Positions 50,936 to 63,058 of a DNA stretch of 64,000 nucleotides are shown here, one piece after another (position 1 is the stretch's first letter; every line of letters starts with the position of its first letter). Under the pieces are notes generated by a model, which worked only from the letters and a program-made list of their open reading frames with translations, was not told the origin of the DNA and ran no database searches. A program made the position numbers and the translations under genes. The stretch spans positions 90,088,001 through 90,152,000 of the forward strand of contig NW_024704742.1 of the NCBI RefSeq assembly GCF_018977255.1. Direction: 5' to 3'. The stretch is from Callorhinchus milii. Its lineage: Eukaryota.

Positions 50936-53642
50936 GTTAACTCTAATGTCAGATAGGGAAAGACACAGAAACAGATAACTTTCACTCAAGGTTAAATAAC
51001 AGTGTACTAACCTTCTGCACTACCCAAGCTCACACTATTTCAGTGTACTATACACACTACAAAGGGAATCTGTCAGAGAGCTTGCTTTTTTATATATATA
51101 TATTCCTACCAAACCAGTTAATACGTCCAACCGACTGAAGTAAATACTTTCCACATGGAATGTTCACCAGACCCATTCGGGAAAGTATAATGTCAGAGTT
51201 ATGAAGAATTCTATCAAGTCATTCAGAAAGTTACATGCCCTGACAGGAAGGTATATAAAAAAAATCTGTTCGAGTGGACCGTGGAAGCAAAGAGCTCACC
51301 TCAGTCAGAGATAGCTCTGCAGTTCCATAAACTGGGAATACCATGTGAAAATCTGCTTTCAACTCATACAATGCATCTTTAACATTGCAACTGAATCCAA
51401 GAAGCTGTCAAGTTGTCTTTTAAATTCTTTTCAAGTCAGCTAGATAGAATCCATGGATCAGTTTTAAAATGCTAAACAGCAAGCGTATTATTGTTACACT
51501 TTGGGCAGAAACAGAAGTATGCTTCCAATAAAAATATTTAAAAAAAACTTGAGTGCTTGTGGGCACAAAGCATTAGATATGGTGAAACTACTTCCTTTTC
51601 TTTCAAGTTTCCAATTGAAACTGAAGTAATGCATGGTAAATGGCATGTTTGAGGAGGCTCTTTAATACTTGCTTGTCTGCCAGTGGACCAAATGATAAGT
51701 GTTTCACTAATTTGTGCACCACATGTGTGGTCTCGGACATTGTGGGTGCACCAGGAATCTGTCAAGTTGGCTCCAGGCATTTTTTATTTCAGTGTCAACT
51801 TAGCTTCAATATAAAATAACCTCAAGTTCTAAAACAAACATCAATCCTTTCCCTTCCACCCAAAATCCCTCCTTTTCTATATAAATCCATTAGCCAACGT
51901 GGCTGAAAGGTCACCAGAAGTATTAGACAAACAGATCGTTCTTCAGCAATGTGAGGATTCAAATTTGGGTTCCCTTGTTCAGCACTCTTCACTGCAGTTA
52001 GTTGGCTGTAGCCTCTTTCTCTATGTATGCATTTTATTTTCCGAAAGTGAATGCTTAATTGGTTATTTTCAGGCAAGAAAATCATTTGCTTTGGCAAGGC
52101 CACACTTTTAACTGAACTCCGATATCATCATTATCCTCTGTGTTCCCATGTCCGTGTGGTGTCTAAGTTGGCATCACTGTCATTTCAAAAGATTAATGTT
52201 TTGATTGAGCTTAGCACAATTTAAGGAGATACATGAGGTAGGGATCACGTCAGCTGATCACACGGACCACATCCTTCAAGCCCTCTTGATCTTAATGCTT
52301 CATGACCAAGTATCCTGGGCACGTTTACTGGTTAAATCCTAATGCAAGTTTTCTTCATAGCCTCCGTCTGCATGCATGCAAAACCTCTGCACTTGATTAG
52401 AAATGCAGTGCTGCTTTCAAAATCTGTCTATGAAATTGAATAGAGTCTTACTTCGAGAAGGGTTAAAGGAAGCGAAGAAAAGAAAAGGAATTTCCATGAC
52501 TTTTTAATGCTTTTTACTATGTTTTCCTCTTACAGGTGAGGCAATTCATCTGTTATCAATTTCGCCTAAGGGCAGGCTCACTCTGCACATGGGCCCCTCT
52601 GTTGTAACATTGCTCCACTAGCAATGATACGAAGTAGGTAAGCAAGCGATCAATACAGGTTACATGATGGACACTTACGAGGTGTAGCTATTACAGTGTG
52701 AAAGATCTAACACAAATTACTGGGATCGTGCACGCAAGTGTAAAATGACCCCGGTTCCACTAATCCCCATCAGATGTTCTGGTAATGCTACAAAGCATAT
52801 TCCAAATCTTGGCAGAAGAAATGTTTTTATGCAAACTGTTTTATTGGGGGAGGGAATGGTTAGCTGCTGAAACATTTTTTTGTGATTGGTACACGCTGCA
52901 TATGTGTGGTGACATGGTTAATGTATAACAATGACTGGCGTTCGGATTTTGTTTAATACACCTCATGCATTTATATGATATAATGTAAAGACTAAATGTG
53001 TTATATCTCAGTATATATGCACATTATATCTGGAGAGCTTTTTCTAAGTAAACATCACACAAAATATTATATATGGAGCCAACTTCCCAGGGGGTATACA
53101 GTAACATATAAAAAAATGTATTATTTCTTTGTAATCTACTGCTAGCTAACTTTCAATGTGCCTGTAGTGAGCACATCAAAATTGTAAATCCCTTTGTGTG
53201 GTTATCACAACTCATCAGTGAAAGACCCATCAGCAAAACAAACAATAATGGCATAATGTTCACTCCTCACCCAACCAACTCCTTGGTGTACATTATTGAA
53301 ACATATCTATGCAATGATTTGACAGTTATCTTATCCCAAGTTTCAAATGCAGATGGCAGTTTCACATGAGCTAATCTTCATTCTTGCCACTTATGAAATT
53401 GTTGTGAACCCGCAATGCTCTGTGATCACTCCCAGGTATCTACTATATGTCAGAAAATAATTTTTTAACAAATCTGAAAGAAATAGTGTTGCCCCAGTGA
53501 TCTCATGATCAAATAGATACTAGACACTACACTCAGTGACCAACATACCCAGTCCTCTCCTAGCTCCTGCACACATATGATTTTTGACAGCTGGGCCCCA
53601 TTCTACCATCTTCTGTAATTATCTGTCTTCACCCATACCGCA

Positions 53643-53960
53643 AAACAACATCGTTTTTACTTTTTTATAGCCCTGTTCACATCGGGAGGATATCTCAAAG
53701 TGTTTCACAGAATTGTCAGAGAGCCCAAGCTGGGATGGAGGGAGCTGAAGAAAGTGGGGGTGGGGAGGTGGGGTAGAGAGAAAGTGACTCTTTGCGAATA
53801 ATCTTAAAACAGGCTTTAAAGGTGGTGAGGGAGGGAGCGATGTTGAGGGACTCCAGGATGCAGTTCCATACAGTGAGGGTAGAATGCTGAAAGCTTGCCT
53901 ACCGATGGTGGACAAGTCAGACGAGGAACATGAAGCACAAGCCTGTTCCACTGTGCCTTA
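53643..53960 (-). mobile_element. Old L2 3' fragment
   Basis: ttcacatcgggaggatatctcaaagtgtttcacag tail motif; cttaaaacaggctttaaaggtgg. Confidence 0.65.
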
Positions 53961-54840
53961 GTCAGGATTGATCTCTCAGCACCACACAGACTCTCATATC
54001 CTCTCGTCTCCACAGTACATTCTATAGCCCATGAAAAACCCTTTAACTGTTACTCCCAGAGCTGGTATAACTGGAGTTACATTCAGGTAGATAGATGTTC
54101 ATTAAGCCCCATAAATAGCTAACTTTTCCACTCATGGGTTCTCATTTCAATGTAGGTACTTGTGAGATATAAACGGGCACAACAATTGTACCTGTGAGTT
54201 CTTTAAATCTTAGAAAAATATATTATTACCCCACTGGGACCAGGGATTCTTCCACTTGGCTCCCATTATCTCTTCAAGCCATAGTGCGGTGTACTTCATT
54301 CACATGCTCCATATGTCCCACGATCGTAAAAGAGCTTAAAGAGTTCAGTCAACAGATTCAATTGGAGTGGCATTGCTCAGTCCTGGGGAACAAGATAGCT
54401 GTAATAGTTGAACTGATGGGGACTTGGTCTCCTGGATAGCTACACTTCCAGCCTTCAGTGGCTTGCTGCATGACTTTAGCTCACCAAACCATCTGAGCTC
54501 CCAAATTTTATGAGTGATTTGAATGGTTTTTGCAATGTTAAGAGTAAACAGTATTAGGAAGAGTATAATTCCTTCTTTGATTCATGGTTTTCAATAAATG
54601 TTTAGGATTCCTTCTAAAAATGACTTCAAATAATGTTTGGTTTCTTTCCACTCAATTGCTCCCAAATTGGCAATGGTGTTTACGGTAGACACATAGCAAA
54701 AAATACCACACAGCAATGTGGCTTTCTTCATCATGGAACTCTACATTAACTGTCCTTGCTTAATAAATCAAAACAGTCACATAGTGGATGACCACAAACA
54801 AACAGGATTTAGATAGTCACCAACAATCAATCAACTGATT

Positions 54841-55210
54841 GAGTCCTGTTGCTCAGTGGTTAGAGCACTCGCCTCGCAAGCGAGAGACCTGGGTTCGATT
54901 CCTGGCAGGGAGAAACGTTGGGCAAGTTTCCTTATTCCACACCCCTCTGTTTACCTAGCAGTAAGTAAGAACCCAGTTGTTAGTCGATTGGCGGATTCGG
55001 TTTGCTGGGGATAATAATTCCCCCCCCCAAAAAAATAATAATTTGGTCACGCAATCCACGACTGTTTGTGGGATACTGATGTGTGCAATTGGCTGCTACG
55101 TTTCGCCTACAAATATACAGTCAATTCACTTTACCGTATATTCTGTGAAGCGCTTTGGGACGTCTAGAAGGCGTGAAAAGCACTATATCAAATGCAAGGA
55201 TTATTATTAT
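54841..55210 (+). mobile_element. SINE family A, long variant, well preserved
   Basis: Head with CGC anticodon loop; cctctgtttacctagcagtaagtaagaacccagttgttagtcgattggcgga segment; tail. Confidence 0.93.
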
Positions 55211-56635
55211 GATGATAATTGTGCCCAAATTCTTTGGTAAAACAAATTCATTTTGAGCTTTATATTTCCACCCAAATGTTGTTTCATCCAGAATTCTGTT
55301 TGGATGCTCATCTTTTGCAATTAACACGTGAAATGCAGAGTAATCCGGACAAGTGCTGCCATCCCACTGCTGCAGCGAGGCATTGAGTGAATGCCAGACA
55401 CTTCACTACAGAGAGGAACGGACACCTGGAGAGAGAGTGTCATCTCAGGCCACCTTCTGGTTACCTCCCAAAGTAAAATGCTGTGAAGTATCTTATAAAA
55501 TAAATAACATTATGCGCAGTTATCTTGGTGAACACATAATCCGATCCCTGGCAATGAATGCACTTGGCACTCACGATAATACTAATGCTTATGTCTCTTT
55601 GAGCTCACTTAACACATTATTAACTTAATTTCCACAGCAGTTGGAAGCCTCAGGAAGACATCAAACTGAGGCATTAATACAACTGTGCAGAGGATTAGGG
55701 CTGCAGCACGTGCTGTGACATTGGGAGTGGACGTGGCTGTGTGCAGTGAATACATTAAGCCTTAATGTTTAAAATTCTGAACAGACCTGGGCTCAAGACC
55801 TTTAGAATTTCTTTATCCAGAATTTGGTGAACGGTAGAAAGGTCACTGTGCCATGTGGAATTTAACCTTCTGATTAATAAATAGTTTATCACAGATCTAT
55901 AGTGGCAGTGTTTCCAATTACATTCAAAACAACACTATTAATAACAATTACACTCACTGACATTTAGTGCTGAGGAACAATTGAGCCTGCAATCGGCCAT
56001 TCAAATGCCAAGGATTTCAGAAATACACTTTTTATGGAACTATGTAATAATGCAGAATCTTGAGCTAAAAATAAAACAAGTGTGAATGTGGGAAATGTTA
56101 AATAAAACCAGAAAATGATGGGAATGAACAGCAGGTCAATCAGTATCTGAAATCTGTATAAACAGGTCATAGGAAGTGGCATGTCTGGTTTAATTTTTGA
56201 ATTGACTGCAGTTAACATCAATTGCTTTGCTCTGGACTCAAGTTACAAAGTGACATCTCAAAATCAATAAAGAAGTTCTGTGTGCTTTTTAAAGCACTTT
56301 GCAAGTTTACACGAATGTGCAACCACACCATATGCCTCAATAGCAGTAGCAATGTGAATTTGTTTTTTCTTCACATTTTCATTCCAGTTTTTTTTCCCCC
56401 AGCAATTGTACTCCACCTCTCATGCAAGCACTGGAATTCCTTTTTTCTACTGGGGCACGGTTTCACATGTGTCAATCATCCTCAAACAAGCAGCTATTGC
56501 TGATGTGTGATTCAGGTCAACGAACTATTCGACTGCAAGGGGCATCAATGGTGCTATTCTATTTTGGGGGGTTCAGCCGGATGTCTAACACATGCAGAAA
56601 GCTATCATCATGCTTAAGAATATCGAAACCAAACT

Positions 56636-57002
56636 GAGGCCTGTAGCTTATTAGTTAGAGCACGAGCTTCTCAAGTGAGAGAACCTGGGTTCGATTCCCG
56701 GGCTGGGCGAAACCCTAGACAAGTTTCCTTCCTCCACACGGCTCTGTTTACCTAGTAACAAATAGGAACCCGGTTGTGAGTTAATTGGAGGATCGCTTTT
56801 CTGGGGGGGTAATAACACCTTAAAAAAAATTGGTTACTCAATCAACGACTGTTTGTGGAATACTGTTGTTCTCAGCTGCCTGCCATGTTTGCCCATAAAT
56901 TATACCATCAATTCACTTTACAAGTATATTCTGTGAAGGGCTTTGAGATGCCTTGAAGACTTGTTAAGGCGCTATTTCAAATGCAAAGATTATTATTATT
57001 AT
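56636..57002 (+). mobile_element. SINE family A, long variant
   Basis: Head, ctctgtttacctagtaacaaataggaacccgg segment, (TTA)n tail. Confidence 0.9.
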
Positions 57003-57009
57003 CCACCTA

Positions 57010-57190
57010 CATGATCCTGCCAGCAGGTGTCTTTGGAGAGGCAAAAGAGCAGGAATCCTGGCTTTTTCCACACACTTCCATAAACCTGTGCACTAGGCCA
57101 ATTGTAGCATTTCTCCCGCTCCCTCCATACTCTGGCTGAGATCAGCAAACAGTGCCGATCAGGATCGAACCTATAACCTTCAGGTCTGAA
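57010..57190 (-). mobile_element. AmnSINE2-like old SINE fragment
   Basis: Reverse ggttcgatcc..gctgatctcagccag..gctacaattggcctagtgc..agccaggattcctgctc resembles the remembered AmnSINE2 consensus; a weaker copy lies at about 50400-50515. Confidence 0.5.
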
Positions 57191-57437
57191 GACCTGAAAT
57201 TCTAGACTTAGCCTTTAAGATCATTTTCTCTTAAAATTTAAGATTGTGCAAGAACATTCTTCAATTCTATCTTGATTTGAAAGCCGAGTTCCTTTTAAGA
57301 ATTGTGAAAAGTTGTCTTCTGAAGCCATGAACTGCCCACTTCATAGCATTTCTTCATCTGCCCTCAACCAAGTGATCATCATTTATGTGTCAGGAATAGC
57401 TAGGTGAAGTACAAAATTGTACTTGCAACCCTGCATG

Positions 57438-57716
57438 TACCCTGTTAGCCCTGCAAGGTAATACCCCAGGGGGAAGGTTGCCAAACAGTACTCACAATGG
57501 CAAGCTGTTGGTTAAGCCCCAGATGTACTCCAACACACACTCTGCAATCCCCAAGTCTTAGCTCTTACCAAATTGAGCTGAATACTCTCCGGGATTAGGT
57601 GCGCAGATTCCCTCCAGGGAGAGAGTGTACATTGCATTCCAAACACAGAGAAAGTTCCATATTTTTAAGCATGGTGCATTTGGGCATATGTCCGATACCT
57701 GACCGATCAAAAAAAA
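57438..57716 (+). repeat. Family U with A-tail
   Basis: caacacacactctgcaatccccaagtcttagctctt (also at 19794-19878) ... aagcatggtg...gaccgatcaaaaaaaa. Confidence 0.68.
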
Positions 57717-58724
57717 CGACAGATACCCACAAGTTTAGTGTAACCTGAATTTCTTGTGACCTGCATTCCACCACTGTAAGAAGCTTAACAATTTGGACTG
57801 GCCCAACATTGACATAGTACATCCCCATTGTTCAGGATTTTCAATAAAATGCATGATCGGCAGCCTTGTTATGAACACGTGTCACACCACACTGCTTCAG
57901 CAGTAGAATTTATGGACTTACATACAATTATCTGTGTCTGATCACTCAGTGATACAACTCCCTGGAAAGCGATCGCTTAATCAAAATTCCGCTAAGTGCT
58001 TGTGCATCATCACCATTGGCAGTATGTTCCAAGGCACTGGTGATAGAAGTGATCAGAGTTGAATTATTTCAGTAACAATAATAATAATAATAAGCCTTAT
58101 CACGTCATTGAGACATCTCAAAGCGCTTCATAGAATATATCGTAAATTGGATTGACAGTATATTTTTTGGGCAAAATGTTAAATTAATAATCCTTACATT
58201 TCATATGGTGATCTTTCAAACCAGGAAGACATCTCAAAACACTTTAAAGGATTTACTGTAAAGTGCAGTGATTGTATATTTTGAAGGTGAATGCGACAGT
58301 CAATTTTCACATAGCAATGTCCCACAAACAGCTTCCCACTCCTCATTAGGGTTTTTACTTACTGGACTAAGAGGAACCAAGTGGGAAAAAATTGCTGCTC
58401 CCAGGCTGGCTGGTCTGTCATCAGCAGTGCCTTGGAATTTTGCAGAACTGTCTCACTCATAAACCAAACTACTAAGACTGCAATAGAGGGCTGATTTGAT
58501 TCTGTAATCCCATTGCTAAGCCTAAGACAACCCCTATACCCCAACCCCACCTTGGAGCTCAGCTCCAAGGAGACTGGCTTACCTCTCCCAAGGAGTGTGA
58601 AACAATGTCTCCACTGGTTGGCCTTTTATCTATCTTGGTTTCTACATTATTTCCACTTTTGCTAGTGAATTAATGCCATTCCTGCACCAACACTGTTCTT
58701 AGCTGGTATCTAGGGGCTGGATGA

Positions 58725-59325
58725 TTTTTCTTTTGGTCAGCCAGGTGTGTGACACATGTGGAAACCCATCACCATGCTTAAGAGCATCCAAACCAGAGTT
58801 CCATGCATCCCACTTACATATGGAATTTCCAGAGATATTTAATTTAATGGAATGGAATGGGCATTCTCTCCCTGGTAAGACACATCCTGCTTAACTAATT
58901 CCTAGCAAGAGCCAAGGCTTGGGGAGCCCGGAGTACGGCTGGAGTCTAACCAGCTAAAACTGCATACTGCACAAAACTGCCATTGAGAACACTGCCTAGC
59001 AAACTTTCCCACTGCTTGTCCAGCTAGGACCACCCTACGCGTTAGGGCTTTGGCTTGCAGAGTTAACAGGAGCTAAGTGGGAAGAATCCCTGGCCCTAGT
59101 GACTGGTCTGCTCCTACAAGTCCTGCCAATGAGCCAGGCTGACTGTGCTGTTATCAGCGGTGCCCTGGAATACTGTGGACCTCCCTGCTTCAGTAACCGG
59201 ACAACCAAGACCACCACAAAGAGTTGGCTTGATTCTAATATTCCATTGCCAAACTTTGAAGCCAGCTGAGCTCCAAGGAGACCGTTCCTTGGAGGAGAGT
59301 AAGGATGCCTGGGCAACAGATCCCA
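58725..59325 (-). repeat. Family U, longest copy (about 600 bp); a second internal fragment lies at about 58340-58575
   Basis: Colinear similarity to 3081-3255 and 37312-37700. tcagc(a/g)gtgcc(t/c)tggaat and agctccaaggagac are shared with 58340-58575. Confidence 0.75.
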
Positions 59326-59539
59326 CTCTTTACAATTCCGAGAGGTCTAAATGATCTAGATCTAAACCAGCTATTTGACTTGAACCAACTATTTGACTTG
59401 AAACTTAAGCATGGAAATTTACAGCACACAAGTAACCATTTTGTTCATTTCTATGCTGCTGCTCGCTCCCTCACTTGAGCTTTCTGTTCTTATCTGAGTT
59501 TATAGTGCAGGCTGATGATCCAGCGCAGGACTAGGGGAT

Positions 59540-59825
59540 CAGTGAGTTGTCAGAGGTGCTGGCCTTCAGATGAGACATTAAAAATTCAGGAGGATCCCAA
59601 GGCACTATTTGAAAAAAGAAGGGAGTTTCTCCCAATGTCCTGGACAGCAATCCTCCAAATAAAACTGGTCAATTACTTCATGGCTGTTTGTGGGACTTTG
59701 CTGTGCTGAAATCGTCTGCTGTGTTCACTTACAAATTCATAGTCAGTACACTTCACCGTAAATTTGTGAAGTTCTTAGAGACATTCTCGACATTATAGGT
59801 ACTATGTAAAGTTCAAGAATTATCA
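59540..59825 (+). mobile_element. Older Deu-SINE, family B
   Basis: ccttcagatgagacattaaa..gatcccaaggcactatttgaa..ggctgtttgtgggactttgctg. Confidence 0.7.
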
Positions 59826-60821
59826 TTAATTTCATTTCCCAGCACTTTTCCATACCGTTTTGGGACATTTTCTCTTTGAATACTTATCAAATTTCTTTCT
59901 TTAAGCACTTTGTTACTGAAGATAATCTGGAAAGGGTGAACTTGATCTAGAACTGCCTATGGAAACAGAATACAGGGATGCGGCAGGTTTGCAGTAAAGG
60001 CATGTTCATTGCTCAACAGGCCTCAGGTAATAACACTTAAGCTGATACTGCAGTGCAGAAAATACTACAAACTGACAAGAATCCAACAGGTAAATTCCCC
60101 TGTGCAGCGAAAGTGTTGTGAAATACCCTCCCCTTAATCTTACTATAACTTAAACAGTCTGGGCATACGATTTTCTTCTCTTTTTTTCGCAAGCAATCCC
60201 GCATAATCGACAACAACCTGGCAAACAATAAATCCGTGTGTTACAGGAATTCCACAGGGTTCATATCATTCACTTGGGGTCATCTTGATATATTCTTTGA
60301 CGCATAAGCTTTTCAGCACTTTTCCCTAAAATTGTTTCATCGACGGCACGGCAAGATATTATTAACTCAATAGCTGACAGTAGCTTTGTGTTCAGGCACC
60401 ACCTTCAGTTGCGAGCAGAGAAGCACTTTGAATTGTCACCCGAAACATCAAAAGTAAATGAATATAAACAGGATTCCTTGTTTCTTTTTCCGACCACACG
60501 AGTGGCTGGAGACTGGAAGCTCACTTGCTGTGTTTCTAAACCTCCCACCAAAGGCTGTGCTTTTTAATGCAGTGGTATAAGGGTCATTTTTTAAATGCTT
60601 CACATTTTTATGTATTTTTTAATAACTCAGTAATATGTATAATACAACAACAGCAACTTCGATTTATATAGCGCCCTCCATGCTGGACAGCGATATAATG
60701 CATATACCTTGTATTTGTTTTTTTTAAAAAATGAATAACTCACAAAATATTATTTTTTGTTTTATTCCTCTTTGTTGTTAAAATTATCATTTCCCCTCCT
60801 ACAGGCATTATATTTAATAAA

Positions 60822-61124
60822 AATAATAATCCTTGCATTTGATATAGCGCTTTTCACATCTTCTAGACGTCTCAAAGCTCTTCACAGAATATACTGTGAA
60901 GTGAATATTGTATATTTGTGGGCGAAACGCGGCAGTCAATTGTGCACAGCAGTATCCCACAAACAGTCATCGATTTAGTGACCAAATTATTATTTTTTTT
61001 CTTGAGGGATTATTATCAGGCATGTGGAGTAAGGAAACTTGGCCAAGGTTTTGCCCTGCCGGGAATCGAACCCAGGTCTCTCGCTTGCAAGCAAGTACTC
61101 TGACCACTGAGCTAAAGGACTCCA
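60822..61124 (-). mobile_element. SINE family A, short variant
   Basis: Full reverse copy ending ccactgagctaaaggactcca. Confidence 0.92.
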
Positions 61125-62062
61125 GTTCACAAGGTATTTAAGATACCTTGTACCACTAGGTGTATCATTCGCTTGATTTCTGATTGTATAGAAGGAGGCC
61201 TTTAGCCCATTGAATTATTAATGAAACATCAAACGTTTCACTGCACAGGAACACTGTAATCTCCAGGCTTGGAAAAGACCATTGCAGCCCATCTGTCCAA
61301 AATTGAAATAACTAAATGGAAATTAAGCAAATAATCCCCCTCCAGCTTGAGCTCCCAGTCAGCTGTTTGAAGCACCTTGGAATATCCTCCTAATGAGAAA
61401 GGTGCCATATAAATGTAAACTGTTGTTTTTGTAGACTTTCCCACTACGGCACATAGTTCTCAACTCTGATGTAGGATCATGATGGAAACATTGATCCCTA
61501 TTTTGCTTTTAGATGCTTTGTGTTAAATATGTCAGATATGTTGTACATCAAATAAGTCACAAGCTCTGTCCCCTGGGTGTGGACAAATTCTATCTAACTG
61601 TCTTCCTCAGACCAAGTACCTTTGCAGACTGTATTAAAGGGCTGAGTACTTTCTCAAATAAAAGTTAAAGTTCCGATCTAATTCCTTGGATATTGTAATT
61701 ATGGAGACTGAATCAGTCAGTAGTTTTCCATTGGAATTTTTAATTAACAGAATCCACAGGTAGTCACAGAGATGGTAGATTTTACACAGCGTCTTTGATA
61801 CAGAAGCTTGAATGAAAGACTGCTAACCCTTCTCAGTTCCCAAAGCAGAATGACCCAGCAGTCGCTGCCTCTCATCTGCTTATCCCCTTGTTTTGCTCAC
61901 TTTTGAGCAAACAATTGTGCAGTAGTGCCCCACAAAAAGTCGTGGATTGATTGAATACTTTTTTTTATGCACAGTATATCTGAAATTCTAATCAATGTTT
62001 CTATTTCTATTAAGTTCTAATATTTATTTTAACGAATCACAGCTGTAATTTTATCAAAAGGG

Positions 62063-62190
62063 TAATAATAATAATAATCCTTGCATTTGATATAGCACTT
62101 TTCATTCTTCGAGATGGCTCAAAGCGCTTCACAGAATATATTGTAAAGTGAATTGACTGTATATTTTGTGGGTGAAACACAGCAGCCAAA
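62063..62190 (-). mobile_element. SINE family A 3' fragment (similar fragments at about 7160-7262, 9835-9990, 37195-37310, 41477-41585 and 58076-58180)
   Basis: (AAT)n ccttgcatttgatatagc...caaagcgcttcacagaatatattgtaaagtgaattgactg. Confidence 0.85.
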
Positions 62191-62789
62191 GGTGTTCTTT
62201 TCATTACAGTTTGTTTCCTTTCACTGCACATAAGAGAAAGTAATCCCCGAGCCCCTGTTTTGCCAGTTTATTAGTTATTAATGGCTGATCTTTCAATCTC
62301 AATCCGTTTCTCTATAACCTTCCTTCACAAGTATCTATGTAGCTCTCCTTTGAACATCCCAAATCATTTGGCATCCGTGGACTTGTACAGTAGTGCAATC
62401 CACATGATCACAATTCTCTGTGGGATCACAACTCTCCATGGGGATAAAATCATTCCTGATCTCACTTCCAACTATCCTAGCTCTAATATTAAGGTGATGT
62501 CCTCTTGATTTGGATCCCTCCACCATAGGGAAGAGTCACCCGCTATCTAGCTTATCGATGCCCCTTTTAGTGTGCTAATTCCCTTGTACTCTGTATGTCC
62601 TCAACTCTCCTTTTGGCTAACTTGGGCACTGTGTGAACCCCACCACCCACCCACGCTATCATTGGTGACCATGCTTTCAGGTTTTACATCTTTAACCTCT
62701 GGAATTCCCTTCCTCAATTCCTCCCTCCCGCCTGCTCTCTAACTGTCGTCATATCCCGTCTCAAAACCTTCCTCTTAAACCACTTCTAT

Positions 62790-63058
62790 GGTTCCATCTG
62801 CCTGTTCAGTGGATGTTAAAGATACCACGACACTATTTGAAATGAGAAGGAAGTTTCTCTCTGTGTGCTGGTTACCAATCCCCCAAATAAGATTGGTCAT
62901 TCACTTTATGGCTGCGCGTGTAATATTGCTGTGCCAAGTTGGCTGCTGTGTTTGTCCACAAAACATAAGTCACTCCACGTTACAGTAAATGCTATAACAC
63001 ACTTTGAGACATCCTCCTGACGTGAAAGATGCTATACTAAATGTAAAGATTATTATTA
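62790..63058 (+). mobile_element. Older Deu-SINE, family B
   Basis: gtggatgttaaagataccacgacactatttgaa...ttgctgtgccaagttggctgc...tcctcctgacgtgaaagatgctat, (TTA)n. Confidence 0.75.

Noticed and set aside
59363..59403. 18-bp tandem duplication (aacca.ctatttgacttg twice)
   Set aside because: Ordinary slippage duplication with no sign of function.
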